A stretch of DNA of 64,000 nt. Origin: Lama guanicoe (Eukaryota). This document shows positions 10,813 through 22,182 of the stretch, one piece after another. The first letter of the stretch is position 1, and every line of letters starts with the position of its first letter. The notes below the pieces were generated by a model that saw nothing but the letters and a program-made list of their open reading frames with translations, did no database searches and had not been told where the DNA came from. A program made the position numbers and the translations under genes. The stretch spans positions 276,934 to 340,933 of the forward strand of contig MU053520.1 in NCBI GenBank assembly GCA_013239625.1, in the 5' to 3' direction.

Positions 10813-13800
10813 CCCATTTACTTATTGATAGGCATTTGTGTTGTTTGCAGTTGGGGGTTATTACAAATTAGGCTGTCATGACATTTTTTGTATGAGTCTT
10901 TATCTAGACTTATATTGTCATTTCTCTTAGATTAGTACTGGTCAAACAGTCAGTATATGTTGACTTTTTAAGAAATTACCAAACCATTTTCCAAAGTTGT
11001 TGTACCAATTTACATTCCTGTCATCTATGTGTGAGAATTTCAATTGCTCTGTATCTTTTTTAACACTTAGTATATTCTTTCTTTATTATGTTATCTATTT
11101 GAATAACTATGCCATGATAGTTTATTGTGTTTTTTTTCCTTGATGGCTAATAGTGTTGAATATTTTATATATATTATGCAACATATTATTTAATTAACAG
11201 TTGTTATAGAAAATAAAATTTAGTTCCATGATCCCCTAGGGATGTATACATTTCCTCTTGATTTATCACATTTACTTTAAACTTAGCATAAACAATAAAA
11301 TTCTAATTTTTATGTATTAAAATAGCATTGTTTGGATTTTATTTAAATGAATGTTACAGTAATGCAGAGATCTTCAGTTCATAATAAAAAATGTTCCAAA
11401 AAGTACTGAGCTATGATGTATTTTAGAAATTACCTTACAATGTGACTTTTCACGGATAGTTCAAAGTTGAAACCTGTGTATTATTTATATATAAACACTT
11501 TGTTATCTAAATCATGGTCTTTGGAATAACAGCATTGAAGTTTCCTGTGAAATATTTGGGGTACAGGAGGTCAGTGCTCTCTCCCTAACTCCAACTACTT
11601 GTACAGATTCTGCAGATTTATAACATTCTCAGAAAAGTAATATCCGTGTTAAAAACTGAGAAGCACTGTGGTCAGTTACTTGATCCTCTCTTCAGAATGT
11701 GAAGAAAGTCATCTCATTTAACTGTTGCTTCCTAAGCTTCAGTGATTAAGGAAAAAACACAACTAAGACTTCAATTCTCTATCCTATGTGGTGGGTGCTT
11801 TTACTTCTTTTCTATGTATTCAGGCAAAGCCAAACACAGAGGTTACTGTGAGCAGTGCATTTTCCATTAATTTTATCCAGAAGCAGCTAGCTTCCCTTGT
11901 CTCAGCCTAACTGAAGCTTCGTACTTACACTTTGATGATTTAGCCATATCACTTACAAACTTTACAACCAGATTCCTCCCCAGAGACCACTTCAAATTCT
12001 AGTTAATTTTATTTCAATTCTGAATCCAAAGTTTTAATATATATTTACTACAGCTGTCCTAGGTCCTCCTTCTCCATGTTCCCACCACCTGTGTGATGTA
12101 GCATGCCACTATTAAACTTTTTTATTAAAATTCCCTTATTTGGGTCTCTGGCTTCATTACCTCATAGTCCTTTATGTTAGTTACACTGCTAAGCAGGGAT
12201 TTCATGTCTACTTCATTCCATATTGCATTACCTCCTTATATATTGTTATTTGTGCTCTATCTTCAAAATTTCTCACCTCTGTCTTGCCCTCTCAGCAACT
12301 CTTGCTAATTTGTGGTATGTTCCTTCTTCCAGGTTATTAACATATAAAACAGAAAAAAAAATGGCCTTATGATTGATCCTTGTGGTTCTCTATTTCCTAG
12401 TTTTCCAACTCCTATGTGGTTTCCACATCTAAATGCTCTTTTATAATCCAATTCTCTTTCTACTTAAGTATGATATAAGAGGGGGTTAAACTCTTAGTTT
12501 TAACTATAAAAGCATGAGGTAACCAGTAATTTTGAGTTGAATGAAGTACAACCCATAAAAGATTTCATTTGGTTATTGTACTGGAGAAGAAGGACATCTA
12601 GCTAACACAGCTGAGAAGGTGGCTGGGATAGGATAAAAAACTGTGAACTGACCTGGCTCTACTACTAGTTCTGAAAAGCTTCCATAAAGCATACCAGAAC
12701 ATTCTAAAATGACCAGAGTAAATCACTACTGAGGAAGTCAGAATGATAGATTAGGTTCCTGTTTTAAAAAAAAATTAGCCCTTATGCTACTATTTCTAAA
12801 CCAATGACCAAGTTTAATCTAGCTAATCACAAAGTTCCATTGGATGCCTTTTACCCTATAGCAAATGGTGCATGTAAGAGCAGTGCTAGCAGGAAACAAC
12901 ATATATGACTCTGCCACCAGAGTAAGCATACAGTGGTGCTGGAGAAAACTCCCAAATTGAGAGAATGCATTATCTAGAATTCAGGGACCAAGCTGAAGTC
13001 AGTTACTGAAGCCAGAAAAATCAGATTTAAAACTTGATTCCAGTTCTTCTTGAAGATCCCCTACTCTACCAATAAACTTCAACATTAGAATTGTTAACTT
13101 AAATAGACTGTCAATTACTTCTCCAGCAACAGAGTTTATGCAAGATCAGCAAAGACTTGAAGTTCAGGGTCTGAAACCATGTGTAAGTCCCCATACAGCA
13201 AAGGAAAGAGAACTTTTTCAGAGAGGGGAAAAGAAAGTTGGGAAGGCTGTAGTAAGGAGAACCCATGACTTTTCATTGGCTGAGTTGTTGCTGATTGTTG
13301 TAAAGCTTCAGCAACTGGAATACTAAAGAAAGGGCAGCACCAGTCAATTACAGTACAAAATTTGCTTCCAGTGGAAATGGATGTTAGAAATGTACGAAGG
13401 TTAGAAACAACAGGGTGTCAAGGGGTAACAGTACAGTTTATGCTCAGAGATCCTGGACAAACCTTCATCCCTGGCCCTTAGTTTTTATCACCATTAAAAT
13501 TAGAGTATTACAAAGATTAGTAAAAGGGGATAATAATGTCTTGGGCTTTGTAATATTCTATTATGGGCTTTATGCCTTAAAGTGCCTCTATTTATAGGAT
13601 ACTGATGAATTCTGAAGACTGGAAGAATATATTTAAATCTTCATAAAGAATGCACTTATTTCCCATTAGAAGGGTGGCAGTTGATTCAGTAGGGACAAAT
13701 AATCATTTTTCCCCCCAGAATCAGTTCTAGAACCATCAGAGATGAAGAAAATAAACTATCTTGAAGGGTCACTTAATTCACCTTGTTGGTTACTTTGATA

Positions 13801-13859
13801 ACTACTCTCAAATGATAGAATTATTTTTCCATTTTGGGAGAAAGAAATGTTGGCATGGT

Positions 13860-15420
13860 ATTTTAAGCAATTTTGTCCTAATAAGTGGATAGAGGGTGAG
13901 GAGCTAAGGAGAAAAAGGGTGTGTATGTCTCAAAGGGCTTAAACAAAACATAATAACTTCAGAGACAGGAATATCTTGACATACATTAGGATTTCCCACT
14001 ATTTTAGCTATTTTGGTATTTTGAGACAGTGGTTGTTTTATCGTGCTAGGGTTGAGTACTGAAAATATGTCTCCAGGTTCATTTAGAGCTGGGAAAGATC
14101 TATACTCAATCTGGAGAAATGTTTTTCCATGCTGATTAACAAGGAGAATTGAAAAGAGACCCTGTAGTTCCTCAGAGCCTGGTTACTGAGAATTGGGAGG
14201 ACATTGGAAAGATTGGTCTGAGAGCAGAAAGTGACTGAAGCTCTTTAATTTGTAACAATCTCTTTTCCACTCTCCAGGCTCTTTGCAGAAACTACAAGGG
14301 TTTTTTGGTTTTATTCAGGGTTCTTTATTTTCTGGATTTGATGATTAAGGCTTTTAGTAGTCTTTCTTTTAGATGGATCATTTCAAGTAAAAGAGAGCTA
14401 TTTTGTCAGGTTAACTAAATCTGGAGTGGGCAGATTTCCATTCCATACTGTCCCTTTTTACTAGAAGAGAAAGGTCCTGTTTCAGTCCATTGATAGAGAG
14501 TTAAAATTTCCTAGGTGGCATCAACTCTGAAGAAAGAGCAGAATTTTCTTTAAAAATAATCTGAGATTGATTGTCATAGATTCATCAGATTTTTGTGTGC
14601 AAGCTTGAATTTTGTTCCAATCAACAGACTTTGGAAAAGTCCTAGAAGTTGCTGAGTGAATTTACTAAAGAGTGCTCAAGCCTAACACTATAAAAAAAAA
14701 TTAGAAGGCTCGTTTCCCAGATTTAATTCTGGATACATTTCAGTATTTTCCCAATTAGTGATTTTCATCCAATGCTGGGTCTGGCATTCAAAGACAACTA
14801 TATAAACTAGCTGATAGACGCCAGAGAAACCAAGTTGACATGTTTGAATGACTACATTAAGCTCCTCAGCAAATTGGTAAGGATCTTCAGTTACTTTGGG
14901 AAGGTCTGGGAAGATCTTCCACTATGTCTCATGGTTCAGGCTTAGTCCAGAGAATATAAGAAATTAAGTTTTTGCCTCTGGATCCTCAGAAGGCTTCATT
15001 TTAAAGGGACACATTCTGATAAGTTTAGAAGAAAGGGAGGTGAGAAGAATTTCAGAGAAAAGGTGAAGTTCATGAAGAGAATTAGAATGGGGAAACTAAA
15101 GCTATAGAAAGGGAGGGAAAAGATAGTACTGGATGTGCTTCCTGAGACAAAGGACCCAAGGAAGAGGAGTATGAGGCTTCAGAAACCACTGTATCATTTT
15201 TTAACTGTTTGTTTGTCTCAGTTTAATCTTAAACTTGCATTTTGCAGAGGGGTAATTTTAGGCTCCTGATAACATTTGGAAGTCTCAAAATACCAATTGA
15301 AATAGTCATTCCATTTAGTTCTGGAAATTTTAGAGCTATGGTTACCCAATTTGGATTAAGAAAATTAAGTTTGGAAATTACAAAATTCTTAATGGCCATT
15401 GATATTCTAAATTTACTTTG
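13860..15420 (-). pseudogene. ERV gag-protease remnants
   Basis: Hand translation: capsid-like FPKSVDWNKIQACTQKSDESM (~14575-14637); zinc knuckle CSFCKEPGEWKRDC (14255-14296, His replaced by Glu); protease-like ...SVLNP...IHLLGQN (~13870-14080); many stops and frameshifts. Confidence 0.8.
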
Positions 15421-15835
15421 GTCAGTTCAATCCATTTAGTTAGAAATCCACAAAAGGAAGGGTCATATTTTTTAAACATAAAATTGATCAGCATCCCTTT
15501 AGGGGGGAAGCCCTCAAAATGTTTAAATAACTGGGATGCTATTTCTCAGATGTTCTTCTCTAGTGTAAAATAATTTTTTTAAACAGTCTAAACAGCTTAA
15601 ATTCCCTGTAGCTCAGCTTCAACAGTTCTAGTATCAGACAGCTTGCAACTCAAACAGCCTGCAGGTTTAACACCATCCGGTTCTAAAGGAACAGCTTGAT
15701 CCTGGAGGAGCTGGGATGAAGGCTTCTTAGCCCAATTTCCATAGAACAGCCTCTGTCCCGTAGGAATGATCAGAAGCATGCATGGACAGTTTTCATGGAA
15801 TAGCTCCTGGCCCTTAGGAAACAGGCCAATGATTA

Positions 15836-15915
15836 ATTAGTTTCAGGAGAAACAGCCCCTGTTTCAAAGAAAAAGATTAGTTTCAGGAGAAACAGCCCCT
15901 GTTTCAAAGAAAAAG
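15836..15915. repeat. Perfect 40-bp tandem duplication
   Basis: ATTAGTTTCAGGAGAAACAGCCCCTGTTTCAAAGAAAAAG x2. Confidence 0.97.
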
Positions 15916-16213
15916 ATTAAAGGCTAACCAGTTCCGATAAAGCAGTCTGATTTCAAAATCAGACCAAAGTGTCAAACAAGTACTCACATAAAGAACAAGA
16001 CCTTAACCAGAAAGGATAAAATCTTTTAATAGATCCCAAATAAAGCCTGGAAAGCTTCAAAACACAAAGATGGCAGAATCTCAGATCCAAGAGAAGGATA
16101 TACCTTCAAATTCCAAGGTTGGCAAGAAAACTGGTGAGCAGCAATGGGCTCAGTGTGGGCACCATATCTGTTTGCTCACCAGTCCCACAGTCACCAGGGG
16201 TCTTCTCTGGAAT

Positions 16214-16228
16214 CTATACAGGCCAACA
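16214..16228 (-). other. Primer-binding site, tRNA-Ile-like
   Basis: TGTTGGCCTGTATAG, 3 nt from the LTR end, versus TGGTGGCCCGTACGG (recalled complement of the tRNA-Ile 3' end); 11/15 match, differences mostly at CpG. Confidence 0.6.
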
Positions 16229-17039
16229 AAATGTTGACCTAAAATAAATAGACTGCAAGTTATTTCATCAGCAAAAACTAGTTTATTTAGAATCAGCAAA
16301 AAATTGCAATTCCAAGTCCACAATCATGGCAAAACACACATAAATCCCTGCATTGTAAGGCAGGAAAAAGAAACAAACAAAATAAGCTTTTATAGAGAGG
16401 AAAAGTAGCTAGTTAGCGCTGTAGTAAATAAAAGGTTTATGGCTTCTCATTGGCTGAGTTGTCACCAAGAAAGATCTTTTTTCATCATGTTGGATTCTGC
16501 TATCATCTCAGGGCATGAGAGCTCCCTATTCTAGTCTCCCAGTTCTATTTAACTTCTGTTTATTAATATTTTATGGAATAAAATATTCCTATATATAATA
16601 TATAAAGAATTATAACCTATATTTCACATATTACATGCATTTTGTGAAAACATACATATTCTTTTATGAACTGAAGTATATGGAGAAAAACAGTAACCCT
16701 GATCAATTTAGGAGTCTTTTTGTTTTGTTTTAATGTTAAAACAATCTTAAAAAGAAGTGGGAAGAAGAGAAAGAGGAAAAGGACAATTTAAGGACTTCAA
16801 AATGGATTTACTGTTGGCAAACTAGTGTGTGTTGCCCTGAACAATATGTGAATAGGCAAAATCCATAGCATATATTCAATTTAAATGAAAGTACATTTAT
16901 TTCAAAGAAGAAAAATTTTAATAAAGACTGATTAGTTCATACAGAAGCACAAAATGTTGATAATTAAAATATATAGTATATAATATACATGAGAAAAAAT
17001 GTCTTGTAGGAATGAGCACAGATAGAAAAATATGATTTT

Positions 17040-17240
17040 TAATTTCAGCTCAGCCATTAGAAAGTCCTCTGATCTTGGGAAAGTTATCTTATTTTCTGAG
17101 CCTCAGTTTCTTCCTCTGAAAATGTGGAGGTGATATAATTGTATTTAAAAAAAAGGATCATTTGTATGTTAAAAGGAAATAGATGTGAAAAAACAATTAG
17201 CATAGTGCCTGACTCTAATACAAATTAGTAAATACCAACA
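17040..17240 (+). mobile_element. MIR SINE remnant
   Basis: 'gatcttgggaaagttatctt...tctgagcctcagtttcttcctctgaaaatg...ttagcatagtgcctgac'. Confidence 0.75.
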
Positions 17241-17519
17241 TGTTTGTTTTCGCTGTTAGCATATTTATCATTTTTATTATAGACTATAATATTTAGAACA
17301 GGAAGAAACTTTAAAAGCCATATAGTATAAATTTCTGATTTTATAGAGATGGATGTTGAGAATGGGTGGGGTAAAGTGAGCAGGTGGTAGAAAACAGCAC
17401 TGGAATTCAGCTCTTTGAATTATATAGTTTTCGTTCATAACACTACCTCCATCACAGCATGTGAAATGCATGTTGCAATAGTTCCATGATTCTTCACACA
17501 GGAAATGTAGGAAACCAGT

Positions 17520-17760
17520 GTTCATGACACACAAACTCTAGAAACAATCTCTCTGGATTCAAATGCCACCTCCATTTCTTACTAGCTGTAGGCCTGGGTA
17601 TAAGTCATTTAAATTATTTGTGTCTCTTATAGCATATCTCTAAAATAGGACTAATAATAGAAATTAACTCAATTGTTGTGAGAATTGAATAAATGCATTA
17701 TATCAAAAATTTGAGGCAAGATTCCACCATGTAATAAACATTCAAAATATTCATCATTAG
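17520..17760 (+). mobile_element. MIR SINE remnant
   Basis: 'ggattcaaatgccacctcc...cttactagctgt...aagtcatttaa...ttgttgtgagaattgaat'. Confidence 0.65.
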
Positions 17761-18607
17761 TTTTCTTAAAACCCATTGTTTGCAGAAACTTAGCTTTATC
17801 CATTTTTCTTGATTTTTCAATAAAACTTATTGAGTCTCAACTCTTTGTATGTTCCTATGCTTGAAAAGAAAATTCAAAGGAAAGATCTAAAAATAGCATA
17901 GATTTTATACTAAAGATTGTGTAATAAAGTTGGATAAGTGACTTGGAAAAAATTATTTAAGATCATTACAAAACATTGCACACTTATTTTCAGGATTGAT
18001 ATTTTGCAGATTGACATAATTTCAATTCATAGTAAAGCTAAAGTTTAGGAAACAGAATAAGGTATATAACCTTTCTCTTTAGGGAAATAATGAGTTTTCA
18101 GAAGCATTTGAAAGAGATACTAGGCATGGATGAATAGACAGCATTTCAGATGAAGATATGGTAGCCACAAAGGCATTTGGAGAGGAAAATGGAAGTTGTG
18201 AGGTTTCTGATATTTTTGCAGAGTTCTTCTGTTATGTACTTGATCAATAACTGCTCCAACACAGTCCAGGGAAATGACTTTTGAAATACTTGGCCATTTA
18301 TTAACACCATACTACACCTAGGTTTAGACATATTCGGTTTCTTCTTCATGGAAAGTGTAAGTCACCATTCCAAAACAGATGTTCAGTGGCATGAAATCTG
18401 ATTTATACTTTACAAATAGCCTACTCTAGACTAAAAGATATGTTTTCAGGTACCCAACTAGTCAGATTCATTAGCTTTAGACTTTAATAAAACCAATCTA
18501 AAGGGCTATATTTACTAGAACACATAATAAAACATAACCTTAAAATTTGGGAGATAAATGAGAGGAAGTTAGATAAACTTTAAAAAGACTCTATAAATTA
18601 AAATCTA

Positions 18608-21078
18608 TATTTTTATTTTATTTTATTTTATTTTATTTTATTTTTTTATTTTGTTATTTAATTGAGTTAAGAACACTTGACATGAGCTCTCCCCTATTAA
18701 TAATTTTTAAAGATGCATTACATTATTGTGACCATAGGTACAATGTTGTACCAACAAATATCTAGTGTTTACTCATCTCGCTTACCTAAAACTTTATGCT
18801 GTGATTAGCAACTCCCCTCCCCTATCCAGCTGCTAGCAACTACCTATCTACTTTCTGGTTCTTTGGAATTTGGCTATCTTAGATATCTTGTGTAAGTGGA
18901 ATCATGCAGTATTTGTATTTATGCCTATTTTGACTTATTTCACTTAGCATAATGTCCTTAATATTGATCCATGTTATCACAAATTGAAGAATATAATTCT
19001 TTTTAAGGGTTGAATAGTATTCCATTGTCTAAATATACCACTTTTTTTAATCCATTTATGTTGATAAACATTTAGATTGTTTCCACATCTTGGCTATTGT
19101 GAATAGTGCTGTAATAAACATGGTACTGCTAATGTCACTTCAATATTTAAATTTCAAATCTTTTGTATAAATGCCCAGAAGTGTAATTGTTGGATCACAT
19201 GGTATTTTTATTTTTAATTTTTGGAGAATTTTTATTCTTTTTTTTCCATGACAGCTGTATCATTTTGCATTCTCACCGACAGTGTACTACAAGGCTCAGA
19301 TTTATCTTATTTCTTGCTTTGTTCTTTTCATAAAAGCCATTCTAACTAATGTGAGGTGATATTGTGCTTTTGACTTGCAGTTATCTGGTGATTAGTAACA
19401 TTGAGCACCTTTGCATGTAACAGTTGGTCATTTGTATGTCTTCTTTTGAGAAATGTCTATTCAAGTCCTTAACTCATTTTTTTTTAAATTGGGTTTTTAG
19501 ATTTGTTACTATTGAGTTGCAGGAGTTCTTTGTATATTTTAGATATTAACTTTTTAACAGATACAAAACTTGCAAATATTTATTCTCACTACGTAGGTTG
19601 ATTTTTCACTGTGTTGATTGTTTATTTTGCTGTGCAGAGGTCTTTGTTTGATGTGGCAGCACTTGTTTATTGTTGTTGTTGTTGTTGTCTGTGCTTTCAG
19701 TGTCATATCAATGAAATCATTTCCAAGACTAACATCATGAAGCCCTTCTCCTATATGTTTTTCTAAGAGTTTCATGGGTCTTACTTTTAAGCCCTTAACA
19801 CATTTTGAGTTGATTTTGGTTTTACTTTTAAGTTCTTAATACATTTTGAGTTGACTTTTGTGTATGGTGTAAGGTAAGGGTCCAATTTCATTATTTTATA
19901 TGTGATATCCTGTTTTTCCAACATCATTGTTGAAAAGACTATCCTTTCCCTATTTTGTATTTTTGGCACCCTTGTTAAACAGTTAAACTTGTATACATAG
20001 ATTTTCTTTTGGCTTGTCTATTATGTTACATTGGCTTATATGTCTGTCTTTATGTCAGCAGAACACAATATTGATGATTATCCCTTCATAGTATATTTTA
20101 AAATCCATGGTATGATGCCTCCAGCTTTGTCCTTCTTTCTCAAGCTTGATTTAGCTATATGTGATCTTTTTCAGTTTTATATAAATTGTAGAATTATTTT
20201 TTTAATTCTGTAAAAATGCTGTTGAGATTTTGGTAAGGATTGCATAGAATCCATAGATCACTTTGGGTAGTATGGATATTTTAATAATATTAAATTTTCT
20301 GATCCATGAACACAGGGCTTCTTTCCATTTTTTATGTCTTCTTCAATTTCTTTCATCAATATTTTGTGATTTTCAGTACATAAGTCTTTCACTTCCTCAG
20401 TTAAATTTATTCCTCAGTATCTTAACTTGTTGGTTTCATTGTACATGAGATTTTTTATAATTTTCTTTTCTGATAGTTATTTTATTAGTGTCTAGAAATA
20501 CAACCGCTTTTTGTACTTTGATTTTGTATTCAGAAACATTACCAAATTTATTAATTATTTCTGAGTTTTTAATGAAATCTTTTGTCATTTGCAAACAGGA
20601 ACAATTTTCCAGTTTGGATGTCTTTTATTTATTTATTTTTTCTTTCCTGAATAGGAGTTCCAGTTATGCTGGATAGAAGTATTGAAATTAGACATCCTTG
20701 CCTTGTTTCTGATCTTAGATAAAAAGCTTTTAGTTTTTCACCATTAAGTATAATATTAGCTGTGGGTTTTTCTTTTATGGTCTGTATTATGTTGAGGAAA
20801 TTTCCTTCTAGTCCAGTGTGCTGAGATTTTTTCTCAGGAGAATTTATTGAATTTCATCATTTTTTCTGCATCACTTGACTTTTATGTAAATTTATTCTTT
20901 ATTCTGTTAATATTGTGTATCATATTAATTAATTTTATATGTTGAACCATCCTTGCATTCCTTTCATCCCAGGGATAAATCCCACTTGATCATGGTGTAT
21001 GAGCCTTTTAAGATACTGTTGGATTTAGTTTGCTAACATTTTATAGAAGATTTTGCATCTATGTTCATCAGGGATTTT
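18608..21078 (-). mobile_element. Older L1 (L1MA-like): ORF2 RT/C-terminal region, 3'UTR and (TTTTA)n tail
   Basis: ORF2 fragments such as MKLDPYLTPYTKVNSK and MKLLEKHIGEGLHDVSLGNDF; tail repeat 18608-18660. Confidence 0.9.
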
Positions 21079-22182
21079 GTGGCTTTTTTCCACTTTCTCT
21101 GTGCTGAGCTGGAGGGATGGAGCACTATGGTATCTTTCAGTCCAAATTACCAATAGCTGTTCCTCCCCAGGTTGCTAGACTGCAGTAGACCCATCAGAGC
21201 TCCAAGACTGGTGAGTCAAATGTCAGTTATTTCAGCTGCCCCAGAGAAGCTGAGGCATTGAACAGATGGATTAACTCCTTCCTTTCCTACAGGAAACTGA
21301 GAGCTGAGATGGTTCATCTGTTTGTTCCATGACAAGTAGGAGGGGAGAATCAATTAAATCTACCAATCCAAATAATCAAATCTGTTCTCTTCCAGGCAGC
21401 TAGACTCTGCTGGATCCATCAGAGCTCCAGGACTGGTAGAGCTGCCAGTTATTTGTGCAGCCATGGAGAAGTGGGGTGATGGATGCACATATCAACTCTT
21501 TTCCTCTCCAAGCAATGTCTGGGATTTTTAAATCTGCTTTCTCTATGCTAAGCAGGGGGAGGCTTCATAGATTCATCTACCATCCCCAGCCACATTGCTC
21601 TTTTCCTCTGGATGCCAGACTTGTCATAGTTCCAGTACTGGTGAGTCAGATTTTAATTGTTTCAGCTCCAGAGAAGATGGACCTCTGGACTTATGGATCA
21701 AATTGTTTCCTCCACATGAAGGAGCTGAGAGCTGAGATTTTTTCTCATCTGTTTATTATGTACTGAGCAAAGGTGAGGATCTATATGTACCAAGCCAAGG
21801 TGCTGTCTCTAGTTTCCAGTGGGAGGTTAGACTCGGTCAGGGATTCAAGACTGGCAAGACAGAAGCCTCTTCAGAAAAGTTGGGACACTGATCCACAAAC
21901 CAACTCTTGCCCTTCCATGGGTGAAGTTAGGAGCTAAGAGTTCTATTCTTAGTCATATGGCATTGTGCTGGGAGCAAAGAATCCAGTAAGAGAGTACCCT
22001 GAATCTCCCTACTGGCTTTGGAAAATCTGATTTTACATTCCCCCCAGGTGCAAAAGCCACTTGGTTATTTTCTGAATTTCTTACAAAGGGAATTTTCCCT
22101 TGATTTTTTGCTAAATTAGTGTGGTTGTGAAGGAAGAGGGTTTGGGGGCTTCTTACTCTCTGTCTTGCTGATACCACCCTCC
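21079..22182 (-). mobile_element. L1 5'UTR-like segment with about four diverged ~210-230-bp monomers
   Basis: Recurrent 'gctagact...cagagctccaagactggtgagtc' near 21173, 21400, 21614 and 21826; L1-like 5' start near 22180. Confidence 0.6.

Larger units (their letters stand above)
13092..16575 (-). mobile_element. Decayed class I (ERV1) provirus, internally deleted
   Basis: Homologous LTRs at 16232-16575 (5') and 13092-~13292 (partial 3'); 4-bp TSD GAAT (13088-13091 / 16576-16579); PBS, gag and protease motifs between them. Confidence 0.85.

Noticed and set aside
19780..19862. ~42-bp imperfect tandem duplication
   Set aside because: Old duplication inside a dead L1 with no sign of function
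21150..21870. Spaced repeats resembling a CRISPR-like array
   Set aside because: Mammalian DNA; the whole units are diverged tandem monomers of an L1 5'UTR-like region, not repeats with unique spacers
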